Shown piece by piece: positions 48,768 to 58,467 of a stretch of 64,000 nucleotides of DNA. Both the position numbers and the translations under genes were made by a program. The notes under the pieces are model-generated. The model had not been told where the DNA came from. It ran no database searches and saw only the letters and a list, made by a program, of their open reading frames with translations. The stretch covers positions 578 through 64,577 of the forward strand of contig JBARIB010000697.1 in NCBI GenBank assembly GCA_049799535.1, given 5' to 3'. Each line of letters opens with the position of its first letter. The first letter of the stretch is position 1. This DNA comes from Stellaceae bacterium (GTDB lineage: Bacteria > Pseudomonadota > Alphaproteobacteria > ATCC43930 > CGMCC-115725).

Positions 48768-50048
48768 TCAGTAGTTATATTTGGGTGAAGTGCAGTTGCC
48801 GCAGACCCAGGGCCAGGTCCAGTCGGCCACTTTGCCCTTGTCCTCGGCCAGATATGGGCTCCAGGCGTCGGCTTTGATCACCTGCTTGGTTGCCCAGACG
48901 ACGTCAAACTGGCCATTCGCCTGGATCTCGCCGATCATGACCGGCTTCGACAGATGGTGATTGGTGTTCATGAGCTCGGTGAACCCGCTGGGCGCGGCGA
49001 CCTTCTGCCCGTACATCGCCTGCCGCACCGCGTCGACATCGGTGGTGCCGGCCTGCTCGACCGCATGGGTCCACATTTTGAAGCCGATATAGGTCGCCTC
49101 CATCGGATCATTGGTCACCCGCTTCGGGTTCTTGATGAAGTCATGCCATTGCTTGATGAAAGCTTCGTTGGTCGGGTTCTTTACCGATTCGAAGTAGTTC
49201 CAGGCGGCGAGGTGGCCGACCAGGTTCTTCGTGTCGATGCCCGCCAACTCCTCCTCGCCGACCGAGAAGGCGATGACCGGGATATCGGAGGCCTTGATGC
49301 CGGCATTGGCCAGTTCCTTGTAGAACGGAACATTGGCATCGCCGTTGATGGTCGACACTACCGCGGTCTTCTTGCCGGCTGAGGCAAACGTCTTGATCGC
49401 CGCGACCTCGGTCTGCCAGTCGGAGAAGCCGAACGGCGTGTAATTGATCTTGATATCCTCAGCCGCAACGCCCTTCGACTTGAGGAAAGCCTCAAGGATC
49501 TTGTTGGTGGTGCGCGGATAGACATAATCGGTGCCTTCGAGGACCCAGCGCTTGACGTTGCCGCCCTCGGCGCTCATCAAGTACTCGACCCCCGGGATCG
49601 CCTGCTGATTGGGCGCGGCCCCGGTGTAGAAGACGTTGTTCGAGCTTTCCTCGCCCTCGTACTGGACGGGGTAGAACAGCAGGCCGTTCAACTCCTCGAA
49701 CACCGGCAATACCGATTTGCGCGACACCGAGGTCCAGCAGCCGAAGACGACCGCGACCTTTTCCTTGGACAGAAGATCGCGCGCCTTCTCGGCGAAGAGC
49801 GGCCAGTTCGAGGCCGGGTCGACCACCGCCGCCTCGACCTTCTTGCCAAGCAGTCCGCCATGCTTGTTGAGGTCGTCGACCATCATCAGGACGGTGTCCT
49901 TGAGCGTCGACTCGCTGATCGCCATCGTCCCGGACAGCGAATGCAAGACGCCGATCTTGATCGTGCCCCCGCTTTGGGCGGGGGCCGCGATCGGCGCGCT
50001 TGCGATGACGGCCGCGGCAACCGCCGCGGGCCAAATCCTGCTTAGCAC
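48768..50048 (-). CDS. urtA: urea ABC transporter substrate-binding protein UrtA
   Basis: It has a signal peptide, then GTIKIGVLHSLSGTMAISE.... The protein is large (~425 aa) and LivJ-like, with a C-terminal ...VCGNCTSPKY. I chose GTG 50048, which is preceded by GGGAGG. Confidence 0.88.
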   Translation of the reverse strand: MLSRIWPAAVAAAVIASAPIAAPAQSGGTIKIGVLHSLSGTMAISESTLKDTVLMMVDDLNKHGGLLGKKVEAAVVDPASNWPLFAEKARDLLSKEKVAVVFGCWTSVSRKSVLPVFEELNGLLFYPVQYEGEESSNNVFYTGAAPNQQAIPGVEYLMSAEGGNVKRWVLEGTDYVYPRTTNKILEAFLKSKGVAAEDIKINYTPFGFSDWQTEVAAIKTFASAGKKTAVVSTINGDANVPFYKELANAGIKASDIPVIAFSVGEEELAGIDTKNLVGHLAAWNYFESVKNPTNEAFIKQWHDFIKNPKRVTNDPMEATYIGFKMWTHAVEQAGTTDVDAVRQAMYGQKVAAPSGFTELMNTNHHLSKPVMIGEIQANGQFDVVWATKQVIKADAWSPYLAEDKGKVADWTWPWVCGNCTSPKYNY

Positions 50049-50260
50049 CTTGGTGCCTCCCTCTTTGCGTGTCTCGGCGCGGCCCGGCGGCCGGCGCCGC
50101 TGCAGGAGCAAGATCGAGGCCAAGCTTCACCGGAAAACCCGCCGGGGTGGAAATCTGCGAGCCGCCCGATCAATTTGCTTAAAAATGAGGCGAACATCGC
50201 AAAGCTGGTGACATGCGCGCCATCATCCGTATCGTTGCGCGACAGACACCGAGGATCGCA

Positions 50261-50659
50261 ATGACTGACCAGGATGCCGTGCTTGCGGCCAATCTTGAAT
50301 TTTACCGGGCATTCACGGCGCGTGATCTTGCCGCCATGGACGCGCTCTGGGCGCGACATGCGCCCGTCGCCTGCCTTCACCCCGGGTGGACCGCGCTCAA
50401 GGACCGTGACGCGATCATGGACAGCTGGGCTGAGATCCTCTCGAACCCCGACGCGCCGCGCATAGCCAGCTTCGACGAGCACGTCTTTCTTTACGGTGAT
50501 ACGGCGTTGGTCCTGTGCGAAGAGGAGCTCGAAGGCGGTACCCTGGCGGCTAGCAATCTCTTTGTCCGCGAAGACGGGGTGTGGCGCATCGCCCACCATC
50601 AAGCCGGCCAGATCGTGCGCCGCCAGGCCGAACGCCGCCGTCCCTCGCGGCTTAACTGA
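50261..50659 (+). CDS. SnoaL-like / NTF2-fold (DUF4440-like) protein
   Basis: MTDQDAVLAANLEFYRAFTARDLAAMDALWA...VACLHPGW...WRIAHHQA is the typical pattern of this fold. Confidence 0.7.
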   Translation: MTDQDAVLAANLEFYRAFTARDLAAMDALWARHAPVACLHPGWTALKDRDAIMDSWAEILSNPDAPRIASFDEHVFLYGDTALVLCEEELEGGTLAASNLFVREDGVWRIAHHQAGQIVRRQAERRRPSRLN

Positions 50660-50728
50660 TACGCATCGCAGCGCCGCCCTGATCCGCCGACGGGCGGGGT
50701 TAACGGCTTCTGCTCTTTTGTTTCGGGT

Positions 50729-51496
50729 TTATTGGTAGGGGTTGCAGCAAGTTGTGAGTCTTAATTTCTGAGGCGATTCGGGATTGGCGCGCGACTGAGC
50801 GTAAGCCGCGCGCACGTCCAACAATCGCGCGGCCGTTTCGGCATCGAGACGGCCGTCGCAGCGGCTTGGCCGAAAACGGCGCTGGAAGGCAACGAGAGCG
50901 GGAGTAAATGATTTCTCCGTCAAGCAATAGCCAATCGCGGCGAGATCGGATAGAGACTCTGCAACTGCTATCTCGCTCTCCGGCTTTGCGGAATCTACCG
51001 GCGGCCAGATCCCAATGCCTGCACGCGCGAGCCTAGGCCAATCGAACAAGTCGCCCGGATCCATCTTGCGCTCCGGAGCAATATCTGAATGGCCGACGAC
51101 CCGGTGTGCGGGGATCGAATAGCGCGAGATTAACTCGGCGCATAAAGCCTCGACCGACGCCATCTGGATTTCAGGAAAGGGGCGATATCCCCATTCGTGC
51201 CCAGGGTTGACGATCTCGATACCGAGAGACACAGCGTTTAGGTCTCGCTCGCCCTCCCAGCAGGAAACCCCCGCGTGAAATGCACGCCACTCATCAAGAA
51301 CGAGGTGCCATATCGTGCCGTTCTCTTCAACGACGTAATGGGCACTGACCTTCGCCTCGCGGTCGCATAGGCGCTCGATCGCCGCTTCCGCGCTCGTCAT
51401 ACCGGTATAGTGCAGCACCAGCATGTCGATGCGGAGCGGCTGTTGCCGCGGAGCATGGTTCGGAGAGCGCCGGTGTCGAATCCGGAATGGAATCAT
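50729..51496 (-). CDS. N-acetylmuramoyl-L-alanine amidase (AmpD/Amidase_2-like) with C-terminal peptidoglycan-binding domain
   Basis: It has ...LVLHYTGM...VSAHYVVEENGTIWHLV...RAFHAGVSCWEG...NAVSLGIEIVNPGH... and a PG_binding_1-like tail (ALVAFQRRF...DGRLDAETAARL). ATG 51496 overlaps the upstream stop. Confidence 0.85.
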   Translation of the reverse strand: MIPFRIRHRRSPNHAPRQQPLRIDMLVLHYTGMTSAEAAIERLCDREAKVSAHYVVEENGTIWHLVLDEWRAFHAGVSCWEGERDLNAVSLGIEIVNPGHEWGYRPFPEIQMASVEALCAELISRYSIPAHRVVGHSDIAPERKMDPGDLFDWPRLARAGIGIWPPVDSAKPESEIAVAESLSDLAAIGYCLTEKSFTPALVAFQRRFRPSRCDGRLDAETAARLLDVRAAYAQSRANPESPQKLRLTTCCNPYQ

Positions 51497-52305
51497 CCGG
51501 GGTGTAATTCGCCCTTGGTGATCCGATCGTAGGCGGCATTGATTCGGGCAAGCCGAGAGGTCGCCAGCGCGATGCATTCGGGCGGCAGGCCTCGTGCGAT
51601 CGCGAGATCGGGATGACTTTCGCGTACCAGACGATGATAGGCTTCGCGAATGGCGCCGGCGGGCGCCTCGCGCGAGATGCCGAGGATGACATAGGGATCC
51701 TCGATCCCGCTCTCTTCCGCCCCGGCATGGAGCGCCCGGATACGGGCGTAATCAGCTGGATCGAACCCGAAATGTCGGGCGACCTCGCGCAGATAGGCAT
51801 CCTCGGCGGAGCAGACGCGGCCATCGGCCAGGGCGATATAGAACAGCCCGCCGAGCAGCTCTTCGAGAACCACGCGGTCATCTGCGAACAGCCGGCCGAC
51901 TTGGCGAGCGTAGGTTTCGAACCCGGCGATGCTCTTGCGCGCGAGGTCGAAGACCAGCCGCACATGTTCCTCTTCGCCCGGCGGCACTTGGAAGACCTCG
52001 CCAAAGGCGGCAACTTCGTCGCGGGTGACGTCCCCGTCGGCCTTTGCCATCTTCGCGCCGAGCGCTATGGCGGCGATCGTAAAAGCGACGCGGCGGCGGG
52101 GGCCGCCTTCCGTCTCCGAATCGCCGTGCGGCATCCAGCTTGGGATGAGGCGTACTGCGCCTGCCAGCAAATTGCCAAGTGGGCCGCCAAACGGCAGGTC
52201 GCGGGCGCTGGCGATGATGCGGGCGACAAAGCTCATGAGATTCGACGCAGTAGGTGCGAGCTCGAAAACGGACGCTGGAGCGATCCGTTTGATAACCTCT
52301 TCCAC
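51493..52305 (-). CDS. DjlA-like co-chaperone (TerB-like domain plus C-terminal J domain)
   Basis: It has AAIALGAKMAKADGDVTRDEVAAF... (TerB-like) and DPYVILGISREAPAGAIREAYHRLVRESHPD (J domain HPD). The start is uncertain. The Met at 52236 is an alternative. Confidence 0.8.
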   Translation of the reverse strand: MEEVIKRIAPASVFELAPTASNLMSFVARIIASARDLPFGGPLGNLLAGAVRLIPSWMPHGDSETEGGPRRRVAFTIAAIALGAKMAKADGDVTRDEVAAFGEVFQVPPGEEEHVRLVFDLARKSIAGFETYARQVGRLFADDRVVLEELLGGLFYIALADGRVCSAEDAYLREVARHFGFDPADYARIRALHAGAEESGIEDPYVILGISREAPAGAIREAYHRLVRESHPDLAIARGLPPECIALATSRLARINAAYDRITKGELHPG

Positions 52306-52316
52306 AACCTCAACCT

Positions 52317-53508
52317 ATGGTACAATTTGGCAGCAAAAACGCAAGTAATCCCGGCGGGAGGAACGCAAATTTGACGTACGCTGGGACTCTCGCCGCTAAT
52401 GCGCCGGTACGATTACGCAGGGCTCAGCTGTTGGTCGGCATCATCTGCGTGGTGATGATCGCCAATCTCCAATACGCCTGGACTTTGTTCGTCGCGCCGA
52501 TGAACAAAGCCCACGGGTGGGCCATCGCCGATATCCAGATTGCCTTCAGCATCTTCGTCGCTCTCAAGACTTGGCTAACGCCGATCCAGGGCTGGATTGT
52601 TGATCATCTCGGCCCGCAGCGCGGGCCGAAACTCACGTCGCCGCCGGGAGTATTCTGATCGGCATTACCTGGGTCATCAACCCCCATGCGGACAGCGTGG
52701 CAGCGCTTTATCTCGGCGCCTGCCTATCCGGCATCGGCGCCGGGGCCATCTACGCAACCTGCGTCGGAAACGCGGTGAAATGGTTTCCTGACCGGCGTGG
52801 TCTCTCCGTTCGCCTGACCGCGGCGGGTTTTGGTGCAGGCACCACTCTGACAGTTTTCCCAATCCGCGAGGTCATTGCCGCACACGGCTATGCCGCGGCA
52901 TTCTTCTGGTTCGGCATTGCTCAGGGCGCGATCGTCTTTCTGCTGGCGTGGCTAATGCGCGCGCCACTCCCGTGCGAGCTTCCGAGTACCGCACCAGTCC
53001 GGGGTGATCCAGACGGCGCGCTGACCATTGCCTGTTCGTCGACAACATCGCGAATGGGGCGGCGCGACTGTTGTTCGGATGGATATCCGACCACATCGGC
53101 CGCTAGAACACGATGGCGATCGCTTTCGGCCTTGGCGACGTCAGTTATTGGTTCCTCGGATCGGCGGAAACGGCGCGGTGGGCCTTTGTGCTTTTCGCGG
53201 GCCTGATTTTCCTGACCTGGGGTGAGATCTTCAGCCTGTTTCTCTCCACCGGCACCGACAGCTTTGGCGCGAAATACGCGACCGCCAATCTAAGCCTTCT
53301 CCATACGGCCAAAGGCGCTTCGGCCTTTCTCGTTCCGACCGCGAATTTGTTCAAAGCAACGACCGGCAGCTGGCACATGGTGTTCGTCGTCACTGCCGCG
53401 ATGAATTTCGTAGTGGTCGCGCTCGCTCTCCTCGTGCTTCGGCCGTTGCGCTCTGGGCATCTGCTTGCGCCTGCGCCGGAATTTGCCGCCATCCGAACAC
53501 CTGTCTGA
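52317..53508 (+). pseudogene. decayed oxalate/formate antiporter (OFA) family MFS transporter gene
   Basis: OFA-like sequence is split over three frames (ORFs 52317-52658, 52697-53206, 53113-53508). There is a frameshift near 52625-52632. The sequence jumps from ...GVIQTAR to LFVDNIANGAARLLFGWISDHIGR, so about two TM helices are missing around 53020-53032. An in-frame TAG lies at 53104-53106. Confidence 0.8.
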
Positions 53509-53700
53509 GATCGGCGGTCGCCCGGCCCCCTCCCCCATGCAGTTGCAGTCTTCGGGCCCCCGGATCAGCCAGCCGAAATAAGCGGTGGGACAGAGCGCGG
53601 CGATCACGCTAGACTGCGACAGGCGGTCGCAGCTCGCTCGTGACCGACTGCCGTTTCGGAGCGGGTTCGTGACCCTGAGCAGAGTTCGGGAGATGCGCTC

Positions 53701-54564
53701 ATGACTATCCGAAACCCAGTCGAATGGAGCGTGGATCAGTTCAGGCATGCGGCGCTTGCCTTTGAATCAGCCGGCCGTGTTGGCCGCCGGACCTTGGACG
53801 GACTGCATGCGCCACCGCCGACTGTGCGCCGGATCGCGCTCGGGGAGCTCGGCAACGCCCTCACTAGGGGCTTTGATGACTTCGCGGCGTTTCGGACCGA
53901 TGTCATCTTCATCTGTTTGCTCTATCCGCTTGTTGGGCTCGTGTTGGCGCGGCTGGCATTCGGCTATGACCTGCTACCGCTGGTATTCCCACTCGCTTCC
54001 GGCTTCGCGCTGGTCGGCCCCTTGGCCGCGGTCGGGCTGAATGAAATGAGCCGGCGGCGTGAATGGGGAGCGGCCGCCGGCTGGGCGGACGCCCTCGCGG
54101 TAGTCCGCGCTCCTTCCTTCGGAGGGATCGTGCTCCTCGGCTTGGTGCTGATGGGGATCTTTCTGCTTTGGCTGTTGGTCGCAGAAATTATCTACGAGAT
54201 GACCCTCGGCCCGATGCCGCCGGCTTCGGTCGGATCATTTATCGGCGACGTGTTCACTACTGATGCCGGCTGGACGATGATCGGGGTCGGTATTTGTGTC
54301 GGATTCCTCTTCGCTTTGCTGGTGCTGGCGATCAGCGTCGTGTCATTTCCGCTGCTACTTGATCGCGAGGTCGGCGTCGACACCGCGATGCTGACCTCGA
54401 TCCGTGCCGTGGTTGCAAATCCGGTTCCTATGGCGGCCTGGGGATTAATCGTCGCGGTCGGTCTTGTTCTTGGGTCTATCCCATTTTTCCTCGGATTGAT
54501 TGTCGTGATGCCAGTACTCGGGCACGCCACCTGGCATCTTTATCGCGGGGTGGTCGCGAGCTGA
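53701..54564 (+). CDS. DUF2189 family integral membrane protein
   Basis: It reads ...LGNALTRGFDDFAAFRTDVIFICLLYPLVGLVL...PLASGFALVGPLAAVGLNEMSRRRE... and has 5-6 TM segments. Confidence 0.7.
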   Translation: MTIRNPVEWSVDQFRHAALAFESAGRVGRRTLDGLHAPPPTVRRIALGELGNALTRGFDDFAAFRTDVIFICLLYPLVGLVLARLAFGYDLLPLVFPLASGFALVGPLAAVGLNEMSRRREWGAAAGWADALAVVRAPSFGGIVLLGLVLMGIFLLWLLVAEIIYEMTLGPMPPASVGSFIGDVFTTDAGWTMIGVGICVGFLFALLVLAISVVSFPLLLDREVGVDTAMLTSIRAVVANPVPMAAWGLIVAVGLVLGSIPFFLGLIVVMPVLGHATWHLYRGVVAS

Positions 54565-54795
54565 TCCGTCGGGCCAACTCGCGAAAACTACGAGAAATCC
54601 AAAGTTGTGAAGAACAAGACACTGTCGACGGGAGGACGGGACGGGAAGTGAGGGGCTGTCGCGGCGCCGCTTGTTGAGGTATCCGGCGCGTTTATTACGC
54701 GTTGCGCGCGAGGCCCAGTGCGCAAGCATGTAGGCGCGCGACACTCAGTTGCCTGCGCTCTTTGCAGAGACGAGCCGCCTCGGTGATCGACGGAG

Positions 54796-55110
54796 TTAAA
54801 GCCCGTTCGTGCTGCGCAATTTCTCAAGGCATTCCGCGACCTTCCGTGTGACGGCCGGAAACGGGTCCTGATCGAGCATTCGCGCGATTGTTTCGCCGTA
54901 GGCTGAACAGAGTAGCAGGGCCGGCCTCGTCAAATCGGGGTCACGGCGCGCTCTCTCACACGTCTCGATTAATAATCCCCTCTCCTTTTGCGGTATCCAG
55001 CGCATCAGCGCTTCGAGATCGCCCGCTGATATTGGAAAATCGCAGGCAGCGGGGTCTTTCGCTTCAAGTTCCATAGCCGCGCGGTCGATCATCGGTTTCA
55101 ACATGGGCAA
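54796..55110 (-). CDS. hypothetical protein
   Basis: A 104-aa ORF with normal-looking composition. I recognised no family. It faces a 325-bp AT-rich divergent region. Confidence 0.4.
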   Translation of the reverse strand: MPMLKPMIDRAAMELEAKDPAACDFPISAGDLEALMRWIPQKERGLLIETCERARRDPDLTRPALLLCSAYGETIARMLDQDPFPAVTRKVAECLEKLRSTNGL

Positions 55111-55435
55111 AAGCTCTCAAAAGAAAACCCGAGCACCACCTCTAGCATAGACCCAGAGGGGAAATTCCTCGACCTCTAGCCTATAATACACAATATTTCT
55201 TTAAATGATATTCGAATCAATTGTCCAACACAAAACTTCACATGATCAGCACCAGTTTTCGGCAGGACCGAGAACACTCTATGAGAATCGCGACAGCTTG
55301 GATGATAAGAGCATATTAACAGAATGCGCGGAATCTAATTTTCCTCATCACTTAGAGAGGGCGGCTCGCCTTGGTTGAGAGGCTGCGCGCAGGCCGGTTT
55401 GCCGTTTTGGGCATCTTCCGATTGGCTGCAAGCCC

Positions 55436-56614
55436 GTGAAATCATCGATGCGGCTTGCCCCCTTTTTTTTGCGTAAAAGAGGGCGGAATACCGAAGCCGC
55501 TCTTAGACGTCAGATTTCCCTTCTTCAGAGCACCCTAGAAAATATCGGCGAGGGTCTCAGCGTATTCGATCGCAAAGGGCGATTGATTGCATGGAATTTG
55601 CGGTTTTGTGAAATGCTGGACTTGCCGACGCAGCTGACAGCTGGCGCGCCGCTTCGCGATATTCTGATGCTCCAGGCAGTCCGGGGCGATTTTGGTGAGG
55701 AGGACCCCGCCGCCGAGGCTGCTCGGCGTCTCGACCGGTTTTACCTCGACGTTCCGATCGTAAAGGAGCGCGTGACTCCTGGCGGACGCGTTTTGCAGAT
55801 CCGTCGGCGGACGATGCCCGGTGCGGCCGTCATCTCAATCTATTCGGATGTAACAGATCTCAAGGCATCCGAACGCAAACTGATCCAGGCGCGGAGTCTG
55901 GCAGAAGCGGCGAACCGCGCGAAGAGCGACTTCCTCGCCAATATGAGCCACGAGTTGCGCACACCGCTCAACGCGATCATCGGTTTTTCCGAAATCATTT
56001 CGCACGAGCTGTTCGGGCCGATCGCCAACGAAAAATACCTCGAATATATTAAGGATATTCATAGAAGCAGCTTGCATTTGCTGGCGATTATCAACGATGT
56101 GCTTGACATGTCTAAGATCGAAGCTGGCAAGCTCGAACTCTCCAAGGAAGTGCTGGACGTGCAGAGCGTGCTGGGCGATGTCATTCGCATGATGCGCGCG
56201 CGGGCCGAATGCCGGGGCATCGAATTGGTCACCCAGCTGATGGACGAAGTGGTCAATCTCTGGGCCGACGAGCGGGCGATGAAGCAGATATTCCTAAATC
56301 TGCTGTCCAATGCGATCAAATTCTCGAAGGATGGCACGCGAGTGAATATCCGTGTCGTCTCCGATCAACCTGACTTGGCCATTATCGAGTTCGAGGATTT
56401 TGGCATAGGCATGAATGAGGAAGAACAGGAGAGAGCACTGCAACCCTTTGGTCAGGCAAAGCCGTCAACTACCAGCAACTATGGTGGCACCGGTCTCGGG
56501 CTACCGATTACAAAGGGTCTAGTTGAAGCCCATGGGGGGAAGCTGATGATCAAAAGCCGCCCGGGCTGCGGAACTATCGTTCGCGTGCTTCTGCCCATCG
56601 AGAGAGAGCCCTGA
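55436..56614 (+). CDS. soluble PAS-domain sensor histidine kinase (orphan)
   Basis: It has a PAS-like region (LQSTLENIGEGLSVFDRKGRLIAWNLRF...) and the HisKA H-box FLANMSHELRTPLNAI. The HATPase N and G boxes are LLSNAIKFS, DFGIGM and GGTGLGL. It has no TM segment and a GTG start. An in-frame stop lies at 55376-55378. Confidence 0.88.
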   Translation: MKSSMRLAPFFLRKRGRNTEAALRRQISLLQSTLENIGEGLSVFDRKGRLIAWNLRFCEMLDLPTQLTAGAPLRDILMLQAVRGDFGEEDPAAEAARRLDRFYLDVPIVKERVTPGGRVLQIRRRTMPGAAVISIYSDVTDLKASERKLIQARSLAEAANRAKSDFLANMSHELRTPLNAIIGFSEIISHELFGPIANEKYLEYIKDIHRSSLHLLAIINDVLDMSKIEAGKLELSKEVLDVQSVLGDVIRMMRARAECRGIELVTQLMDEVVNLWADERAMKQIFLNLLSNAIKFSKDGTRVNIRVVSDQPDLAIIEFEDFGIGMNEEEQERALQPFGQAKPSTTSNYGGTGLGLPITKGLVEAHGGKLMIKSRPGCGTIVRVLLPIEREP

Positions 56615-56622
56615 GGATTGTG

Positions 56623-56639
56623 AAATGGCAGGGCCATTT
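56623..56639. terminator. short hairpin between the convergent kinase and MFS genes (possible bidirectional terminator)
   Basis: The sequence aaatggc-agg-gccattt forms a 7-bp stem. It sits in the 24-nt convergent spacer, and its last nt overlaps the MFS stop codon. Confidence 0.3.
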
Positions 56640-58180
56640 TAAGGCTCTGCGGATATAACGTTCCCTGTCCTAAGGACCCGAAACAGCAGGATGCCAGGTA
56701 GGATGGCGGCAGTTATTACCGCCATGGTCTGAAAACAGGCCGTGTAAGCAACAAGGGTCGCGGTAGCGGGGGTCCGGGAGAGCCACTCCCCCGCAATTGT
56801 CGTCGGCGAGACGAAACCCAGGACCTTTGCTTGCAGCAAGGCCGTCATTGTTGCAACTCCAGTGGCGCAACCCAGCTGGCGCGTGAGGCTATACATCCCG
56901 GCAGCGTCGGTCCGCACCTCCGGAGCTAGCGTTGAAAAAGCAAGCGTGCTTAGCGGAGTGAACATCAGCCCAGCGCCGACGCCTTGTACAGTGCTGGCCG
57001 TGGCCAACCAGATCTGACCGCTGTGAAGCGGGACTTGCGAAATCAGGACCAGGGCGCCCGCCATGATCACTAGTCCGGCACCCAGCAGAGCGCGATGGTC
57101 GATCCGATTGATGACGCATCCCACCGCGAACATCGTCCCCATAGTTGCAAGGCCGCGGGGAGATAGTGCCAGCCCTGCTTGTGTTGCATCGTAGCCGAGC
57201 GGACCCTCGCTCATGGCCGGCACGAAGACGATGGTCGTGAAAAGCAGCGCGCTTACCATGAAATTGTAAAACACCGAAATCGCGAAATTTAGGTTTCGAA
57301 ATGCCTGCACTGTAAAGAGTGTAAATTGCGACCGGATACTGCGAGTAGCGATGGCTAATAAGGCGAGGAGGGCGGTCGCGGCTTCAGCGACGATTTCGAC
57401 GGATAGCGGCCAAATCTGGCCTATACTGCGTTCCAGCGCCAGCTGTAACGACCCCACTCCAACCACCAACAGTACGACGTCGATGCCCTCGATGCGTGGT
57501 TTGGCGCCGGGCTCAGTCATTGCAGGCACCTTTGCGAGGCCCAAAGCCGCGATAACTCCGAGAGGAAAGTTTATCGCGAAGATCCATCGCCACGAGGCGA
57601 AGTCGGTGATGATACCGCCGAGGACGGGGCCGAGGATCGGGCCTGTCATGATCGTCGCCCCCCATATCGCGAGGATCCGGCCATGGTCCCTCTGCGGATA
57701 CAAGTCCAGAAGCATCGCCTGCGCCAGCGGCTGAACGATGCCAGCCGCAGCGCCCTGAATTAGTCGAAACTCAATTAGCGCGCCCGCAAAGGGAGCAATT
57801 GAGCAGAGGAGGGAGGCAAAGACGAACAGGCCGGTCGCGCCAGTCAAAACGTGCCGCGCTCCATATCGGCGGCGAAACCAGCCGGTCAGCGTAGCCGTCA
57901 CGGCAGACGCGCAGAGATAACTGGTCATAACCCAAGAGCCGAGATCAAGACCACCTCCCAGGTCATGCTCGAGCTGAGGGAGCGCCACATTTGCGATCGT
58001 CGCATCGAAGGCCTGCATAATGGTCGCGGTCATAAGTGCGATCGCCACTCGACGTCGGGTTGACCGCGGCAAGGCGATGGCGCCCGCAAGAGGTCCTCCG
58101 CTCCGGACCGCATGTGCCACGGCTGACCCCATGCTGCGACGCAAGTATGGCGCGCGCCTCATTGTGGTTGTGCGCAGCAC
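56639..58180 (-). CDS. MFS transporter, DHA2 (EmrB/QacA, 14-TM) family
   Basis: A 513-aa protein with about 14 hydrophobic segments. It has the N-terminal ...IMQAFDATIANVALPQLEHDLGG... typical of DHA2 drug/H+ antiporters. Confidence 0.85.
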   Translation of the reverse strand: MLRTTTMRRAPYLRRSMGSAVAHAVRSGGPLAGAIALPRSTRRRVAIALMTATIMQAFDATIANVALPQLEHDLGGGLDLGSWVMTSYLCASAVTATLTGWFRRRYGARHVLTGATGLFVFASLLCSIAPFAGALIEFRLIQGAAAGIVQPLAQAMLLDLYPQRDHGRILAIWGATIMTGPILGPVLGGIITDFASWRWIFAINFPLGVIAALGLAKVPAMTEPGAKPRIEGIDVVLLVVGVGSLQLALERSIGQIWPLSVEIVAEAATALLALLAIATRSIRSQFTLFTVQAFRNLNFAISVFYNFMVSALLFTTIVFVPAMSEGPLGYDATQAGLALSPRGLATMGTMFAVGCVINRIDHRALLGAGLVIMAGALVLISQVPLHSGQIWLATASTVQGVGAGLMFTPLSTLAFSTLAPEVRTDAAGMYSLTRQLGCATGVATMTALLQAKVLGFVSPTTIAGEWLSRTPATATLVAYTACFQTMAVITAAILPGILLFRVLRTGNVISAEP

Positions 58181-58467
58181 CGTTCACACAGCCAGCTTCG
58201 TGGGCTCAAACCTTAGTCCCCCTGAACGTGGCGGCTCAACAGTACCTCTCAGCTCTCGTAACGGCGACAATAACCGGCTTTTGCGGCGGGCTGGATCCGA
58301 TATTTGCTTCAATTTTATTGATATTATCCTTGCATTTATTCAGACTTGATCTTTCGGTATACTGGAACTACACTGGTTTCGGTTCACCAGCCTTTAACAT
58401 ATAACGAATAAAGTCCGTGATTGACGGAAAATTATTCCGGTATCGTAGATAGACGTGCGAGGCTCTC

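Noticed and set aside
50199-50213. A sigma-54-like motif, TGTCAC-N5-TTGC, on the minus strand upstream of urtA.
   Set aside because: The invariant GG of the -24 element is GT here, and the spacing to the start (~150 nt) is unremarkable. This is not enough to call an RpoN promoter.
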